Both the position numbers and the translations under genes were made by a program. The notes beneath the pieces were generated by a model. The model was not told where the DNA came from. It made no database searches and worked only from the letters and a program-made list of their open reading frames with translations. Below, in pieces: positions 12,883 to 24,898 of a stretch of 64,000 nucleotides of DNA. The stretch spans positions 62,985,823 through 63,049,822 of the forward strand of contig JASCQW010000099.1 of assembly GCA_030264375.1 (NCBI GenBank). The letters are read 5' to 3'. The stretch comes from Carcharhinus longimanus. Lineage: Eukaryota. The stretch's first letter is position 1; each line of letters begins with the position of its first letter.

Positions 12883-13974
12883 TACTGTGAGGGCTTTTGG
12901 TTGAGAGTTGAGGAAGGAGAAAAATGTATGCTCATCCATCTGATTTTTAAATAGGAGTTACCAGGAATAATAATTAATAGATATTATGTTACTGAAGGCA
13001 AGCAAACTTTTGATTAAAAACAAAAAGTGATCGAAAGAAACTTGTGTACACAACAAAGAAATCAGAGTTCAAGAAACCACACAAACATCAAAAGGCAAAA
13101 CATGAAATGAGATGGCCTTTTATCATTTGCCTGAAGTATAAGCATGTATTTTTATTATGGGAACCTATAATTTTAGAGGGATTTTCTAAATCGACAGGTG
13201 AATATATAAATCTACAGGTGGATAAATAACTTCAAAAAACTGTATTTTAATTGGAACACTTCTTCTGTATCCTTTCATTTTGATGTAAATTGAATGTGAG
13301 GTTACAAAAGAAAATCAATGTAATTTTACCTAGTCTACTTTCCCTCTGTATAAAAAACGATGTGGAATATATACAATATATATCATGTTTGTTCATTTAT
13401 TCTTTCAGCGTTCCCCAACAGTAACACAATTATGCTGTTATAGATGTCTCGATTTATAAGGGACTTAAAGTACAAATCTGAAAATGCTGTTCAGCCCACT
13501 CTAGTAACTCTCTTGTTCAAGTTTCCTTTCTGGACCTGAATTGACATTGGTCCCAATATTCCTCTCTTTCTCCCCACTCTCCTCATCAATCAGGTGCAGA
13601 ACAGGCAAAGTATATTGAAAATATGCTCCACTGGTGGAGGTGGGTTGGGCCAGTAGTGGATCCAGCTATACCCTTAGTGCAGGCTTGCCCCTTTACCCAA
13701 GATTTTGTGGAAATCAGTTGTGACCTTCAGGGTCTTGTGTCTGCTGTTGAACACCATCAGAAAGTTCCGTGGCCCTATGATTTCATTGGGCCTCTGAAAA
13801 TCTGAAAAAGAATGTTGGAACTTGTCATACGACCCTTTATGCCTTGCCGCTGAGACCCACTAAGGCAAGACTCAAGACTAACCACGTAAGTATGCCACCA
13901 AAAGTGGGTACTCCTAAGTGGTATGGAAGGCAGTTGAGCTGAAAGGTGGTGAATGTTCCTGCCTTTCTTATTCA

Positions 13975-14352
13975 CAGTGGCACAGTGGTTAACACTGCTG
14001 CCTCATAGCGCCTGAGGTCTGGGTTCGATTCCTGGCTTGGGTCACTATCTGCNNNNNNNNNNNNNNNNNNNNNNNNNNNNNNNNNNNNNNNNNNNNNNNN
14101 NNNNNNNNNNNNNNNNNNNNNNNNNNNNNNNNNNNNNNNNNNNNNNNNNNNNNNNNNNNNNNNNNNNNNNNNNNNNNNNNNNNNNNNNNNNNNNNNNNNN
14201 NNNNNNNNNNNNNNNNNNNNNNNNNNNNNNNNNNNNNNNNNNNNNNNNNNNNNNNGGATTGGTTTAGGTTAGTGGGTCATTGTTTTAACTGGTCGGTGCA
14301 ACATCGTGGGCCGAAGGGCCTGTTCTGCGCTGAAATGTTCTATGTTCTATGC
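13975..14352 (+). mobile_element. HE1 head, assembly gap, then CR1 3' end
   Basis: HE1 5' end before the gap; 'gggccgaagggcctgttctgcgctg..atgttctatgttctatg' after it. Confidence 0.75.
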
Positions 14353-15045
14353 ATCTATGCTGAATTTGTGGAGGGAAACATCTGGGGAATGGAGAGTCTA
14401 GTTTAGATAATATACAACAAATTATATCCATGCCAGCTAGCTTCTTATTGCCACCAGTGCAATGTTATGATAAATCTAGTGTCCAAATAATCATTCCTAC
14501 TTTCGTCTTACCCTGGTCTCTGGTTTCAGGATCGCCCATGCACCGTTATATCCGCCATACAGTAGCACTAATGAATAGACCAGTGGCATGGCCAGAAGGG
14601 CTTGCAAATCAGAAGTTCTAATAATATCGTTACCTATTCATAACAGACCTTTGAGAACACTTATGAAGCGAGGAGTATGATATACAGTAGCTAATATGAA
14701 TTGTGAGCTGTTAATTGATTTATTCAAGTGAGCGGTTAGCAGCATTTCCAAATGTCAATCAGTGAATAATCCTTAACTTTGTTGTGTCAATGTGGATGAA
14801 TTGTAAAATTGTACAATTTTTAACTTGTGTTCTATAGCAGAAATATTTCTAAGAACTTGCTTAGAAATAAAGGGTCACAAAGTATTGGGTTGTAACTAGC
14901 TGCACTTTATACAGTTCCATAGGTGTCGGCTGCATTATAATTTTATTTAAAGAAGGATCCAGTGTTAGTTATGTTACAAAATGTGAATGATATAAGGATT
15001 TTTTTTTCATATACGTTCTAAGCAATGATTGTTCCTTGGTTTCAG

Positions 15046-15152
15046 CATGATGTGTCCCAGACTTTGCTTAAAGCCACCTTGGACAGTGTGGTTGAAGAAT
15101 GTGTCAGCTTTGTGGGAGTGGATATCAACATCAGTTCGGAAACTCTTATGAG
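15046..15152 (+). CDS. SRBD1: SRBD1 internal coding exon ([36 protein letters not shown])
   Basis: ttcag acceptor ends 15045 and gtaggc donor starts 15153. The peptide matches the Tex/SRBD1 'YQHDV..L...LD.VVE.CV..VGVD.N' motif. 107 bp, ending in phase 2, compatible with the next exon. Confidence 0.95.
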
Positions 15153-15551
15153 GTAGGCAGATTCTTTTCCAGTGCCGTAATTACATGGCAGTGGATCACA
15201 GGGTCTCTGTTTAGACTGTCTCTTAACTTAATCTCAGCTGGTGATTTGTGGTCTTGTTTTTAGATTGTCAGCTGTATGGGGAATGGCAAGTTTAGACAGT
15301 ATTTTACCTGCACAGTATTTTTAAAAGTCTTCCTTTGAAGAAAAAATGGGATGAAGGACATAAAACAAAATGCGCCAAGTTATGAATTATGGTCCAAGTT
15401 AAATGCACAATCTCTTTGAACTAATGCAGCATATATGTGTGTCTGTGCGTGTATGTATTTTTTTAATGTTTATATTTTGGGTCAGAGAATTAATGTACTG
15501 CGCTAAAACATGCACTAGGATTTCTGTAATGAAACCATTGAGTATAAAGTA

Positions 15552-15712
15552 GATTTTTAAAGATTCTTTCATGGGATTTGGGCATCATTGGTTTTTTGTT
15601 GCCCTCCCTAATTGCCCTTGAATAGAGTGGCCTGGTAGGACATTTCAGAGGCAGATCAGCGTCAACCATATTCTTATGGGTCCAGAGTCACATGTAGGCT
15701 AAACCAGGTAAG
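15552..15712 (-). mobile_element. 3' end of a common shark SINE/LINE tail
   Basis: 'ttcatgggatttgggcatc..ttgccctccctaattgcccttgaa..gagtggc..catttcagagg..gagtcacatgtagg'. Confidence 0.6.
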
Positions 15713-15749
15713 TGTTTTGTATTTGTATTAATTCTTATTAGCGACTGAC

Positions 15750-16868
15750 GTTCTGTTGTCGCCGGATGTGACGTTACAAGTGCCTAGCGTGAGAAACAGG
15801 CTCAGAGTAATATAACGTACACCTGTAAATAAAACTCCATTGTTTAAACTCTTCGTGCTCCCTAGCATCATTCTCCATTGTACATCATAAAAACTGGTGC
15901 TGCTACACACTGGGGACGAAGAAATTTGCCAAGAAAATTCAGGCACTAAAAAGTTAGACAAGAAGCTTTTCTCATATGCTCTGGACCGAACAGGCTAGGT
16001 AGATATGAGTAACGATACTCTGCAGCAGTTAAAAAGCTGGGTGTGTTAAATAAGAGGTTGAAGTTTGGATTGTTGACTTGTGTAAAAGAAAAATCAAGGT
16101 GGCTGTTGGAAACGCATTGCAAAGTGTGCATATGGAAAACATCCATTAATAGAGCAAATAGCATGAGTTTTCAGCGTCACGGGAACCATGATAAAAATAT
16201 GGAGGGATGGAGCTCCTATGCTGAGCGTTTTGCCTGTTTTGCACTGGCAAACAAAATAGTGGAAGATATGAAGGTGCCCTCTTTCCTGAGCAAAATGGGG
16301 CAAAGTCTCAGAAGTTTAGTGCAACCTGAGAAGCCAGGCACTAAAACATATGAACAAATCGTAGATATTTTGCAAGCACATTTTTCGCCAAAGCTGTTGG
16401 TGATTGCAGAACACTTCAGATTCAACAGAAGAAGCCAAGAAGAGGGAGAGTCAATTGCACAATTCATGGCTTTGCTTAAAAAACTTGCAGAATATTGTCA
16501 GTTTGGAGATGTGATGAATGACATAATTTGTCTGTTGGCTCTGCAGTTGGGCAGTACAGAAATATTTGCTAGCCATGTGTAGCCTTACTTAGGAAAAGGC
16601 CATGGATGTTGCTGTTTCGATGGAACTAGCTGCTCAAGAAGCTCAGCAATTCAGCTTGTATACTTGAATACACAAAATGGTGGCTGAATTAGCAGTTAAG
16701 AAACTCAAATATCATATGTGTCACCAGGGCGCAAAAATAGGCCATTCTGCAGCTTAATGCTGCTGTAAAGATATGGTATAGTGAAGCTGTGGGGGAAGAA
16801 AGAGACAATGCAGCGTACCTGTTAGAAGAAAAAGCAAGCTCCACGTAAAAATAAAAATTCAAAACAAT
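15750..16868 (+). mobile_element. Gypsy/Ty3 LTR retrotransposon 5' part: putative 5' LTR, PBS and decayed gag
   Basis: AATAAA at 15828, LTR-like end ...ACA at 15909, then PBS-like TGGGGACGAAG. ORF 16043-16582 has the gag motifs 'W.SY.ERF..F..AN' and 'HF.PK..VIAE.FRF..RSQ.EGES...F...LKKLA..CQFG'. Broken zinc knuckle near 16720. Confidence 0.85.
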
Positions 16869-16892
16869 TTGTGCTAACCACTATGCTACCGT

Positions 16893-17076
16893 GGGCGGCA
16901 CGATAGTACAGTGATTGCACTGCTGCTTCACAGCTTCAGGGATCTGGGTTTGATTCCTGGCTTGGGTCACTGTCTGTATGGAGTTTGCACATTCTGTTTG
17001 TGTCTGTGTGGGTTTTCTCCGGGTGCTCTGGTTTCCTCCCACAGTCCAAAGATGTGCGGGTTAGGTTGATTGGCCA
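16893..17076 (+). mobile_element. HE1 SINE 5' half ending at a gap
   Basis: Head and V-domain present. Confidence 0.85.
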
Positions 17077-17176
17077 NNNNNNNNNNNNNNNNNNNNNNNN
17101 NNNNNNNNNNNNNNNNNNNNNNNNNNNNNNNNNNNNNNNNNNNNNNNNNNNNNNNNNNNNNNNNNNNNNNNNNNNN

Positions 17177-17360
17177 TACTGTGAAAATCCCTGAGTCGCC
17201 ACATTCGGGCACCTGTTTGGGTGCACTCAGGGAGAATTTACCATGGCCAATGCACCTAACCAGCGCGTCTTTCAGACTGTGGGAGGAAACCAGAGCACCT
17301 GGAGGAAACCCACGCAGACATGTGGAGAACATGCAGACTCTACACACACAGTAACCCAAG
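17177..17360 (-). mobile_element. V-SINE with alternative 3' tail
   Basis: V-domain followed on the reverse strand by 'GTGCGACTCAGGGATTTTCACAGTA'. Confidence 0.8.
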
Positions 17361-17361
17361 C

Positions 17362-17465
17362 ACAACAACACCACTCACCTGAAGAAGGATCAGCGCTCCA
17401 AAAACTTGTGTTACCAAATAAACCTGTTGGATTTTAACCTGGTATTGTGAGACTTCTTACTGTCC
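17362..17465 (+). mobile_element. Penelope-like terminal repeat, same family as 12477-12624
   Basis: 'cacctgaagaaggatcagcgctccaaaaacttgtg..aaataaacctgttggattttaacctggtattgtgagacttcttactgt'. Confidence 0.72.
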
Positions 17466-17839
17466 CACTGCTGTCAATGTAGGCTCTTGTTGAATACACC
17501 CCTCACTGCCACGAAACCCATGGCAGGGGTGCACCATCAGCGGGAAGGTTCCAGCCAATGTTTTGGATCTAATTTGGCTGTACTTCAGGTGACTTCTTGG
17601 AAAAACCATATCAGGACTCGAAATGTTGGCTGGAATTTTCCAGCCATGCATGCCACGCTGCCGCTGTGAGGGATGATGGAGAATTTGGCTTGGCCAAATC
17701 TCCACCCATGGATGTGGGACCAGAGAGTCCGGCTGGTGTGACTCCGTCCGTTAACTCTGTTTCTCTCTCCACAGAGGCTGCCAGAGCTGAAGAGCTTTTC
17801 CAGCACTTCCTATTGTTATTCCAGATCTCTAGCACTGTG

Positions 17840-17980
17840 CCAAAAGATGTGTTGGTTAGAAGGATTATCTAGGCAAATGCATGAGGCTATGGGGATAGGA
17901 CCTGGGTGAGGTGCTATGTTGGAGAGTCAGTGCAAACTCAGTGGGCCAAATGGCCTCCTTCTGCACTGTAGGGATTCTAA
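17840..17980 (+). mobile_element. HE1 SINE 3' fragment
   Basis: 'gggccaaatggcctccttctgcactgtagggattcta'. Confidence 0.75.
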
Positions 17981-18500
17981 TCTACGAGGGTCCGTGGCTC
18001 CAGCTATTTTGTAGATCAGTTTGAATGAATGTAAATGTGAGAGGCTCGATAGTTCGGGGATGTAGTAGCGAGTAAGTCATAATCAATCTGTATAGGTTTC
18101 TTCATAATTACTTCATCTAGGGAAATTAGTATTGGCCTACAATTGTAAAGAGTTGGCAGAGATACGACCACCATTCAGCCTATTAACCAATTATCCAAAA
18201 TCTAAAACAAATGGCTCTATCGTACTCTCTTCCCATCTGCTTCAAATAGCAAACTCATTTTCCCTTTTAAAAACACTTTCCATACTCCAACCAAGCTCTG
18301 CATATGTGTCCTAACCTAACTGCTCAGCTTAATGCGGTTTTTAATTAACGGCCCCTCAACACTGATTCCCCAATCATAAGCAATAGTCTTTACCTAGTCA
18401 ACCTATCGAAACCGTTTGTGACCTGAGACCCATTAACTTGATTGTCTATCCATAGATACCCCCAGTATTTTCTGCTTTTATTCTCCAACTATTATCTATA

Positions 18501-18816
18501 CACAGTGGTTAGCACTGCTGCCTCACAGTGCTGGGGACTGGGGTTCGATTCCTGGCTTGGCTCACGGTCAGTGCAGAGTCGACATATTCTCCTCGCATCT
18601 GTGTAGGTTTCTCCCAGGCGCTCCGGTTTCCCCCCACAGTCTGAAAGATGTGCTGGTTAGGTGGATTGGCCATGCTAAACTGCCTCTTAGTGTCGGGGGA
18701 TTAGCAGTGTAAATATTTGGGGTTACGGGGATAGGGCCTGGCTGGGATTGTGGTCAGTGCAGGCTCAATGGGCAGAATGGCCTCCTTGTGCACCGTGGGG
18801 ATTCTATAATTCTATG
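18501..18816 (+). mobile_element. HE1 SINE
   Basis: Head, V-domain and tail present. Confidence 0.9.
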
Positions 18817-19514
18817 AAGTGCAGGTGATTCATGCCAAATGGGACGAGTTGATGGGGGAAGTCAACTATGGGGGCAAATACGGAACGTTTCTCTGCAGTT
18901 TGTCTATTCTAGCCTGGGGAAAATGACTTGTAATGTTTGCCTCCAGCAGCACGTGAACACTTCAAGCTTATTCATTTATGTGAAGTGTTTTGAGTTGTCT
19001 CTGGGTGAGGTGATAAGGTGATATTATGCAAATGCTTTTTCCTTGATTCTCCAGCTACAATCTGATACCACATCACTTAAATACCCTATTCATAAACATT
19101 AGCACAAGATCCCATTTGATGTGACACAGGATCACAAATGAGTAAATTATGGAGTCACTAAATCCATTTCCTTGCAGCCAAATCTGGAATTTTCTAATTT
19201 AGAACAAAATGAGTATTAATGCCAGGCAGGGGGTAATATCTGGGCCATGGATTTACAGTGAGTGTATCAGCTGAATTCCATTCACTCTCATGTATTCTTT
19301 GGTTTGTCATGGTCTTTTAGGGATTGGATTTCGTAGCCCTGTTTTATAATCTGGAGGAATTGCAAACAAATGGCTGTCATATCGTACAGGCATCTCTTTC
19401 TCCTTATAGTTACACCCTCTCCCATACCGCACGATTGACTCCTCTGAATGCAGTCTCAATGAAAATAACCGAGATTCCCCTTTCACCAACATTCCCGCAT
19501 CTCAACTTCCCGAT

Positions 19515-19606
19515 AAGGAGAGACTAGATAGGCTTGGGATTGTTTTCTTTCCAGCAGAGAAGGCTAAGGGAGGTCATGATTGAGGTGTACAAGGCTATGA
19601 AGGTAT
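19515..19606 (+). mobile_element. Short CR1 ORF2 fragment
   Basis: 'ERLDRLGL.SF.QRRLREVMIEVYK.M' motif. Confidence 0.65.
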
Positions 19607-19607
19607 A

Positions 19608-19836
19608 AAATCGTGGAATCCCTACAGCGCAGCCAGAGGCCATTTGGCCCATTGAGACTGCACCGACAACAATCCCACCCAGGCCCTATCCCTGCATCTG
19701 CATGTGTTTACCCTTCTAATGCCCCCTGGCACTAAGGGGCAATTTAGTACGGCCAATCAATCTAGCCCACACATCTTTGTGGGAGGAAACCGGAGCACCC
19801 GGAGGAAACTCATGCAGACACGGGGAGAACATGCAG

Positions 19837-19878
<42 letters not shown>

Positions 19879-19958
19879 GACCCAAGGCCAAAATTGAACC
19901 CAGGGCCCTGGTTATGTGAGACAGCAGTGCCAGCAACCATTGTGCCACCATGCCACCT
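19608..19958 (-). mobile_element. HE1 SINE containing a (CA)n microsatellite at 19841-19874
   Basis: Full HE1 with the internal 'cacacag' expanded to about 17 CA units. Confidence 0.88.
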
Positions 19959-20349
19959 GCCATGCATGTCCTCTTTGCTTGACAAGCTAATGTGGCAATC
20001 AGATCTCAGACTGCAAGGCCACTCGGATGGAAAGTGAAATGAGTGATGGAGCATTGTTGGTGTTGGGTGAACAAGGAATGTTAGCACCGGGAGAGCTTTC
20101 TGCTCTTTCCTGAAGCATCTGTGATCGTCTGCATAGGCACACATTCAAAAGACTGCGTTCCCAGCACTACTTCTGTACTTCAATGAAGAGCCATCGCCAA
20201 GTCCATACTCAAGTCCTCCCGTGGGGTTTCGAATCTATCTGACCCAGAGGTGTGTGTACCATCACTGATCTTCGTGTTGGTGTTTCCAGCAGCATTCTTC
20301 CTCCTCAGTAAGCCCCTGAAGAGGAAGGACCAACCAACCCATCTTTTTA

Positions 20350-20626
20350 ATTTTGATTTGATTTGTTATTGTCACGTGTATTAGTGTACAGTGAAAAGCA
20401 TTGTTTCTTGTGCACTATACAGACAAAGCATACCGCTCATAGAGAAGGAAAGGAGGGAGTGCAGAATGTAGTGTTACAGTCATAGCTAGGGCATAGAGAA
20501 AGATCAACTTAACGCGAGGTAGGTCCATTCAAAAGTTTGATGGCAGCAGGGAAGAAGCTGTTCCTGAGTCGGTTGATACGTGACCTCAGACTTTTGTATC
20601 TTTTTCCCTACGAAAAAAGGTGAAAG
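20350..20626 (-). mobile_element. Rex1/Babar-type LINE 3' end
   Basis: (TTTGA)n tail plus 'ttattgtcacgtgta' and 'gcagggaagaagctgttcctgagtc', typical of Rex1 3' ends in reverse orientation. Confidence 0.65.
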
Positions 20627-21052
20627 CTCCAAGTCTGTAAGAGATTAAATTAGAGTTTACAAGAGTTAGAATTAAATTTTAGAAGCATAGATGAGAGTAA
20701 AAGACAGAATTAGAAGGAATGCTGGGCACAGCTTGCAAGAAGTCACCTAATACTGGCGCTGTCTTGGAAAAGAAATCTCACCCACTTGTCTCCCATTAGC
20801 TCGAATGGATAGAGGCCTAGGGGAGATCAGTTGGAGGTGTGCCACGAGAGAACCTATTTTAAAATGCTATGAAGAGAAAAATATAATAGAATATGACTAT
20901 TGTAATAAAGATCTCTGCATTTTTCTTTTCCCCTATTCTAGCCCGAGAACAGTGGTCCAGAAAATTGTCTATATGACCTTGCAGCTGTGGTGGTGCATCA
21001 TGGTTCAGGGTGAGCACTCTTTTGTTCTTCATTGTTATTGTCTTTCTTCACA

Positions 21053-21376
21053 GAGCAGCATGGTGGCACAGTGGTCAGCACTGCTGCCTCTCCGCGCCAG
21101 GGACCCGGGTTCACTTCCAGCCTCGGGTCACTGTCTGTGCGGAGTTTGCACATTCTCCCTGTGTCTGCATGGGTTTCCTCCCACAGTCCAAAGATGTGCG
21201 GGTTAGGTTGATTGGCCATGCTAATATTGCCCCTTAGTGTCCTGAGATGCGTAGGTTAGAGAGCTTAGTGGATAAATATGTAGGGATATGGAGGTAGGGC
21301 CTGGGTGGGATTGTGGTCGGTGCAGACTCGATGGGCCAAATGGCCTCTTTCTGTACTGTAGGGTTTTTATGATTCT
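21053..21376 (+). mobile_element. HE1 SINE
   Basis: Head, V-domain with small deletion, and tail. Confidence 0.9.
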
Positions 21377-21377
21377 T

Positions 21378-23992
21378 TTTTAAGACAGTCTTTAAACAGA
21401 ACAAAAGGAGAAATGTTCATTGCTGTATAAAGGGGTCGAGGAAAACATAGCAAACTCACAGTCTGAGGAGGAATTATCATTGAATGTGCTCGTCATTGCT
21501 TGTGCTACACACTAATACTATATCACACCATCACTGGATGGACAGCCAGTAAGGTTGGAAGTTGACACTGAGACAGCAGTCTCGCTGGTGCCAGAATCTG
21601 TTTACAAGAAGAAAATTAAACATGTTCCCTTGAAGTCATCTAGGATATTGTTGAAGGCATACACAGGTGAAATTTCACTTAAGTGCAGCATTGAAGTAGC
21701 TATGCAACTTAATGGGCAAATAGCAGATTTGTTTCTACACGTAGTAAAGGGAAACTGTGCAGCATTGATGGGTTGAACATGGCTGGAGAAGATTCCACTG
21801 AACTGGGCCGAAGTCAACTTGGTGACCAGTGGAGAATCAGGCCTCACGAAAATTCTAAAGAAATACAATGTTGTGTTTGGAAGATTAGGGAGCATTACAG
21901 ACATTGCGGTTGAATGGAAAATAAAAGAAGAAAGCCAAGCAAAATGCTTGAAGGCAAGGTCTGTACCTTATGCTATTATGCTGAAGGTGAAAGCTAAAAT
22001 GGGATGACTTGTGAAGATGGGCATGTTGGAACCTGTATGCATTAATGAATGGGCCATGCCAATAGTTCCAGTCATCAAGAAGGGTGGATCCCAAGATTTT
22101 GGGAAACTTTGTATGGCACCATATGGAACAATACCCGTTACCCCATGTTGGTGACTTGCTTGTGGGATTAGCTGGAGACCAACGTTTTTACAGAATTGAC
22201 CTGAGCCAGACTTAGTTGCAGATGAATGTGGACAAGAAGTCACAAGAACTTCTGACAATCATTGCACGTTAAGGCTTGTTCTGGTACTGAAGATTGCTGT
22301 TTGGTATCGCTTCAGCTCCAGCATTATTTCAACAAGCAATGGATCAGATCCTGAATGGACTGAGTGGAATTCAGTGCTATGTGGACGACATCTTAATCAC
22401 TGTAACAGATTAATAGGAATACTGTTGGAATTTGGACGCTACCCTTCAGAGTTTGGAAGACTATAGTCTGAGAGTCTGGAAGAACAAGAGTGTGTTTTTC
22501 CAGTCCTCTGTTGAGCATTTGGGACATGTGATTAGCACCACTGGCCTTCTCAAAGATCAAGTCTATAACAGAGGCGCCTCTACCTCAGGAAGGAGTGCAG
22601 CTGATTAATATTCTATGGTTATTGAACTGTCCAAACCTGGCAGCTAGTCTGAAACTATTACTATAACAATCTTCTGCGTCAGAACAAGAAGTGGAAGTGG
22701 TCGGCTTCATGCAAGCCAAAGAAGCATTGCTCAAATCTTATGTTCTTATGCATCTTGATCCTACTCTACCTCTATAGTTAGCTTGTGATGCATCTCCTAT
22801 GGTGCAGGAGTCGTGGTCTCCCACATCATGCCATTGGATGAAGAAAGGCCCATTGCTTTTGCTTCTCTAACCTTGAGCAAGGCCACAAGTACCTATGCGC
22901 AGATTGAAAAGTAAGCATTAGGAATAAAGAAATTGGAGTAAAGAAATTCCATTACTCCCTGTATGGGAGAGAATTTACGGTGTTGGCCAGCCATCATCTG
23001 CTAACTATCATTTTTGGACCATACATGGGTCCACTTGCAGCAAGTAGAATGAGAAGATGAGCATTGCTTTTGTCTGCATATACTTAAAAAAAATTAACTA
23101 TCGACAGCCAAGTTTACACTGTCATGGACATGGACACTACAAGATTTCCACTGCCAGGTAGTTCATCAGACTACTCAAGCTGGAATATCTTCTGCAAGTA
23201 GACAATCCACCAGTCACTTGTAGACAAGTGTGGAAGCATACTTGGAGTCATCCGATACTTACAGAAGTGATGGATTTGATATTAGGAGGAAAGTCCTCAG
23301 AACTACCACCTAATCTGACTGCACTATTCCAGGAGATTGGAGCTGTCAGTGCAGCCAGGATGGCTTCTATGGGGACTCATTCTGCCATCATTGAGAAAGA
23401 GAGTACTAGAAAAGTTGTGTGAGGGCCATTGCAGAATCATAAACATGAAGGAGTAGTTATTTCTAATGGCTTGGAATCGATGCAGAAATTAAAGAAAAAG
23501 CCAGAACATGTTCCTCCTGTGCAAAGCCAGCTATCGCTGCATCCATGGAAACAGCCTGAAGAGGCTTGTCACGTGGACTTTGCAGGACTTTTTGAAAGTC
23601 ATATGTTTTTGGTAACAGTTGATACTCCCACAAAGTGGCCAGAGGTCATTGTGATGAAATCTGCTTCATCGAAAAAGATGACCGAGAAGCGAGGAGAAGT
23701 ATGTGGTTGATTTAGATTCCCTGGACAACTGGTAAGCCATAATGGACCTCAGTTTGTCACACAAGAATGTGAAGATTTCTTGCAACGTAATGGTATTCAA
23801 CATATTGGCCCTGATTTTACCTGCATGCCCACCCTGCTCACAGAACAGCATTCCATGTTGGCCTTGGGCGCGATCTTCTGAACCTTGGGCAGGAGTGCTG
23901 ATAAAATTCTGGCCATTAAGTCCACACTGTATGGATTAGCAGAGTGTTTCATCCAAACCATGAAACATACTTTGAGAGCAACCAGGAACAAG
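21378..23992 (+). mobile_element. Gypsy/Ty3 pol pseudogene (protease, RT, RNase H, integrase)
   Basis: Protease 'LEVDTETAVSLV' near 21555; RT 'WAMPIVPVIKK' and YVDD at 22378-22389; RNase H 'LACDAS..ERPIAFAS.TL....YAQIEK'; integrase 'HVDFAG..MFLVTVD...KWPEV' and 'NGPQF'. Many stops and frameshifts; no 3' LTR seen. Confidence 0.93.
23806..23914. mobile_element. Small Harbinger-like MITE inside the Gypsy integrase
   Basis: GGCCCTGATTTTA ... TAAAATTCTGGCC ends with ATT on both sides; the integrase sequence resumes after it. Confidence 0.65.
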
Positions 23993-24092
23993 GAGGGTAG
24001 ATAGGTGGGGTTATGGGGATAGGGCCTGGATGGGATTGTTGTTGGTGCAAGCTTGATGGGCCAAATGGCCTCCTTCTGCACGGTAGGGATTC
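23993..24092 (+). mobile_element. HE1 SINE 3' fragment abutting the truncated integrase
   Basis: 'ggggatagggcctggatgggattg..gggccaaatggcctccttctgcacggtagggattc'. Confidence 0.8.
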
Positions 24093-24344
24093 AGACTCCC
24101 GTAATCAAAAATTACTTTGACGCATCTTAAGCCGGAAAGCATGAATGCTGTGAAAACCTTTTATTCTGTATTGCAAGCAGCTGTATGAGATAACCCCTCC
24201 AGCACTCTAAAGATGACGACTCAAAAGTACTTTCCTTCATCAGAACCTTGGTGTATTTCAGTCTTTAAAGGGTGCGTGCCCACACGGTTAACTTGAACGC
24301 AAAATGTTTTTTGTCACGCATTTAACTTAGTTCCTGTTTTCCAG

Positions 24345-24521
24345 ACATGTTGCCGGACTCAACTCCAGTAGAGCAAAAAATATCATTGAATGGCGTGAGA
24401 AGAATGGACCATTCATCAACAGAGAACAGCTGAAGGCAGTCAAAGGCTTGGGTCCAAAAACATTTCAACAGTGCGCTGGTTTCATCCGAATTAACCCAGA
24501 AAACATTAAGAACTTTTGCAG
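24345..24521 (+). CDS. SRBD1: SRBD1 internal coding exon, helix-hairpin-helix region ([58 protein letters not shown])
   Basis: Polypyrimidine tract plus ccag acceptor, gtaagt donor at 24522. 177 bp, phase 2 to phase 2. Contains the Tex HhH motif 'G.F..R.QL..V.GLGPK.F.QCAGF.RI'. Confidence 0.96.
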
Positions 24522-24766
24522 GTAAGTAAATTTCTTTCAAGCTGTTTTTCTTTATGATAAAGGAAAACCAAAACAGCGACCCTGAAGTGGTCTCAGAATG
24601 AGTTCCTTTGCTATCGAATGATGCCGAAATATTCCAAATCAATTAAGCTGACGTGTGACAGGTGCAACAGGACTGTATCAGAAAATAAACGCTGTGATTG
24701 GCCTTGGTTTTAAGACGTTGATTGGCAAACAACATTTTGGACTGGATCTCTGTGCAACATTGGAGC

Positions 24767-24898
24767 ACAGTAAGAAGTCTCACAACACCAGGTTGTACAT
24801 TATGGGTGGTGGTAGGGCTGGTTAAACCTGGCTTTAACCTGGTGTTGTGAGACTTCTTACTGTGTTTACCCCAGTCCAACACTAGCATCTCCACATCA
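24767..24898. mobile_element. Fold-back Penelope-like terminal-repeat insertion with 12-bp TSD
   Basis: CAACATTGGAGC at 24755-24766 and 24899-24910; perfect 29-bp inverted repeat at 24766-24794 and 24836-24864. Confidence 0.85.

Noticed and set aside
1-15045. Expected preceding SRBD1 exon (SIARR.QDPLAELVKI.PK.IGVG.YQ)
   Set aside because: Not found by eye; presumed upstream of the window or hidden in a gap.
16043-16582. gag ORF as a domesticated gene
   Set aside because: Followed by stops and frameshifts and linked to a ruined pol; nothing suggests selection.
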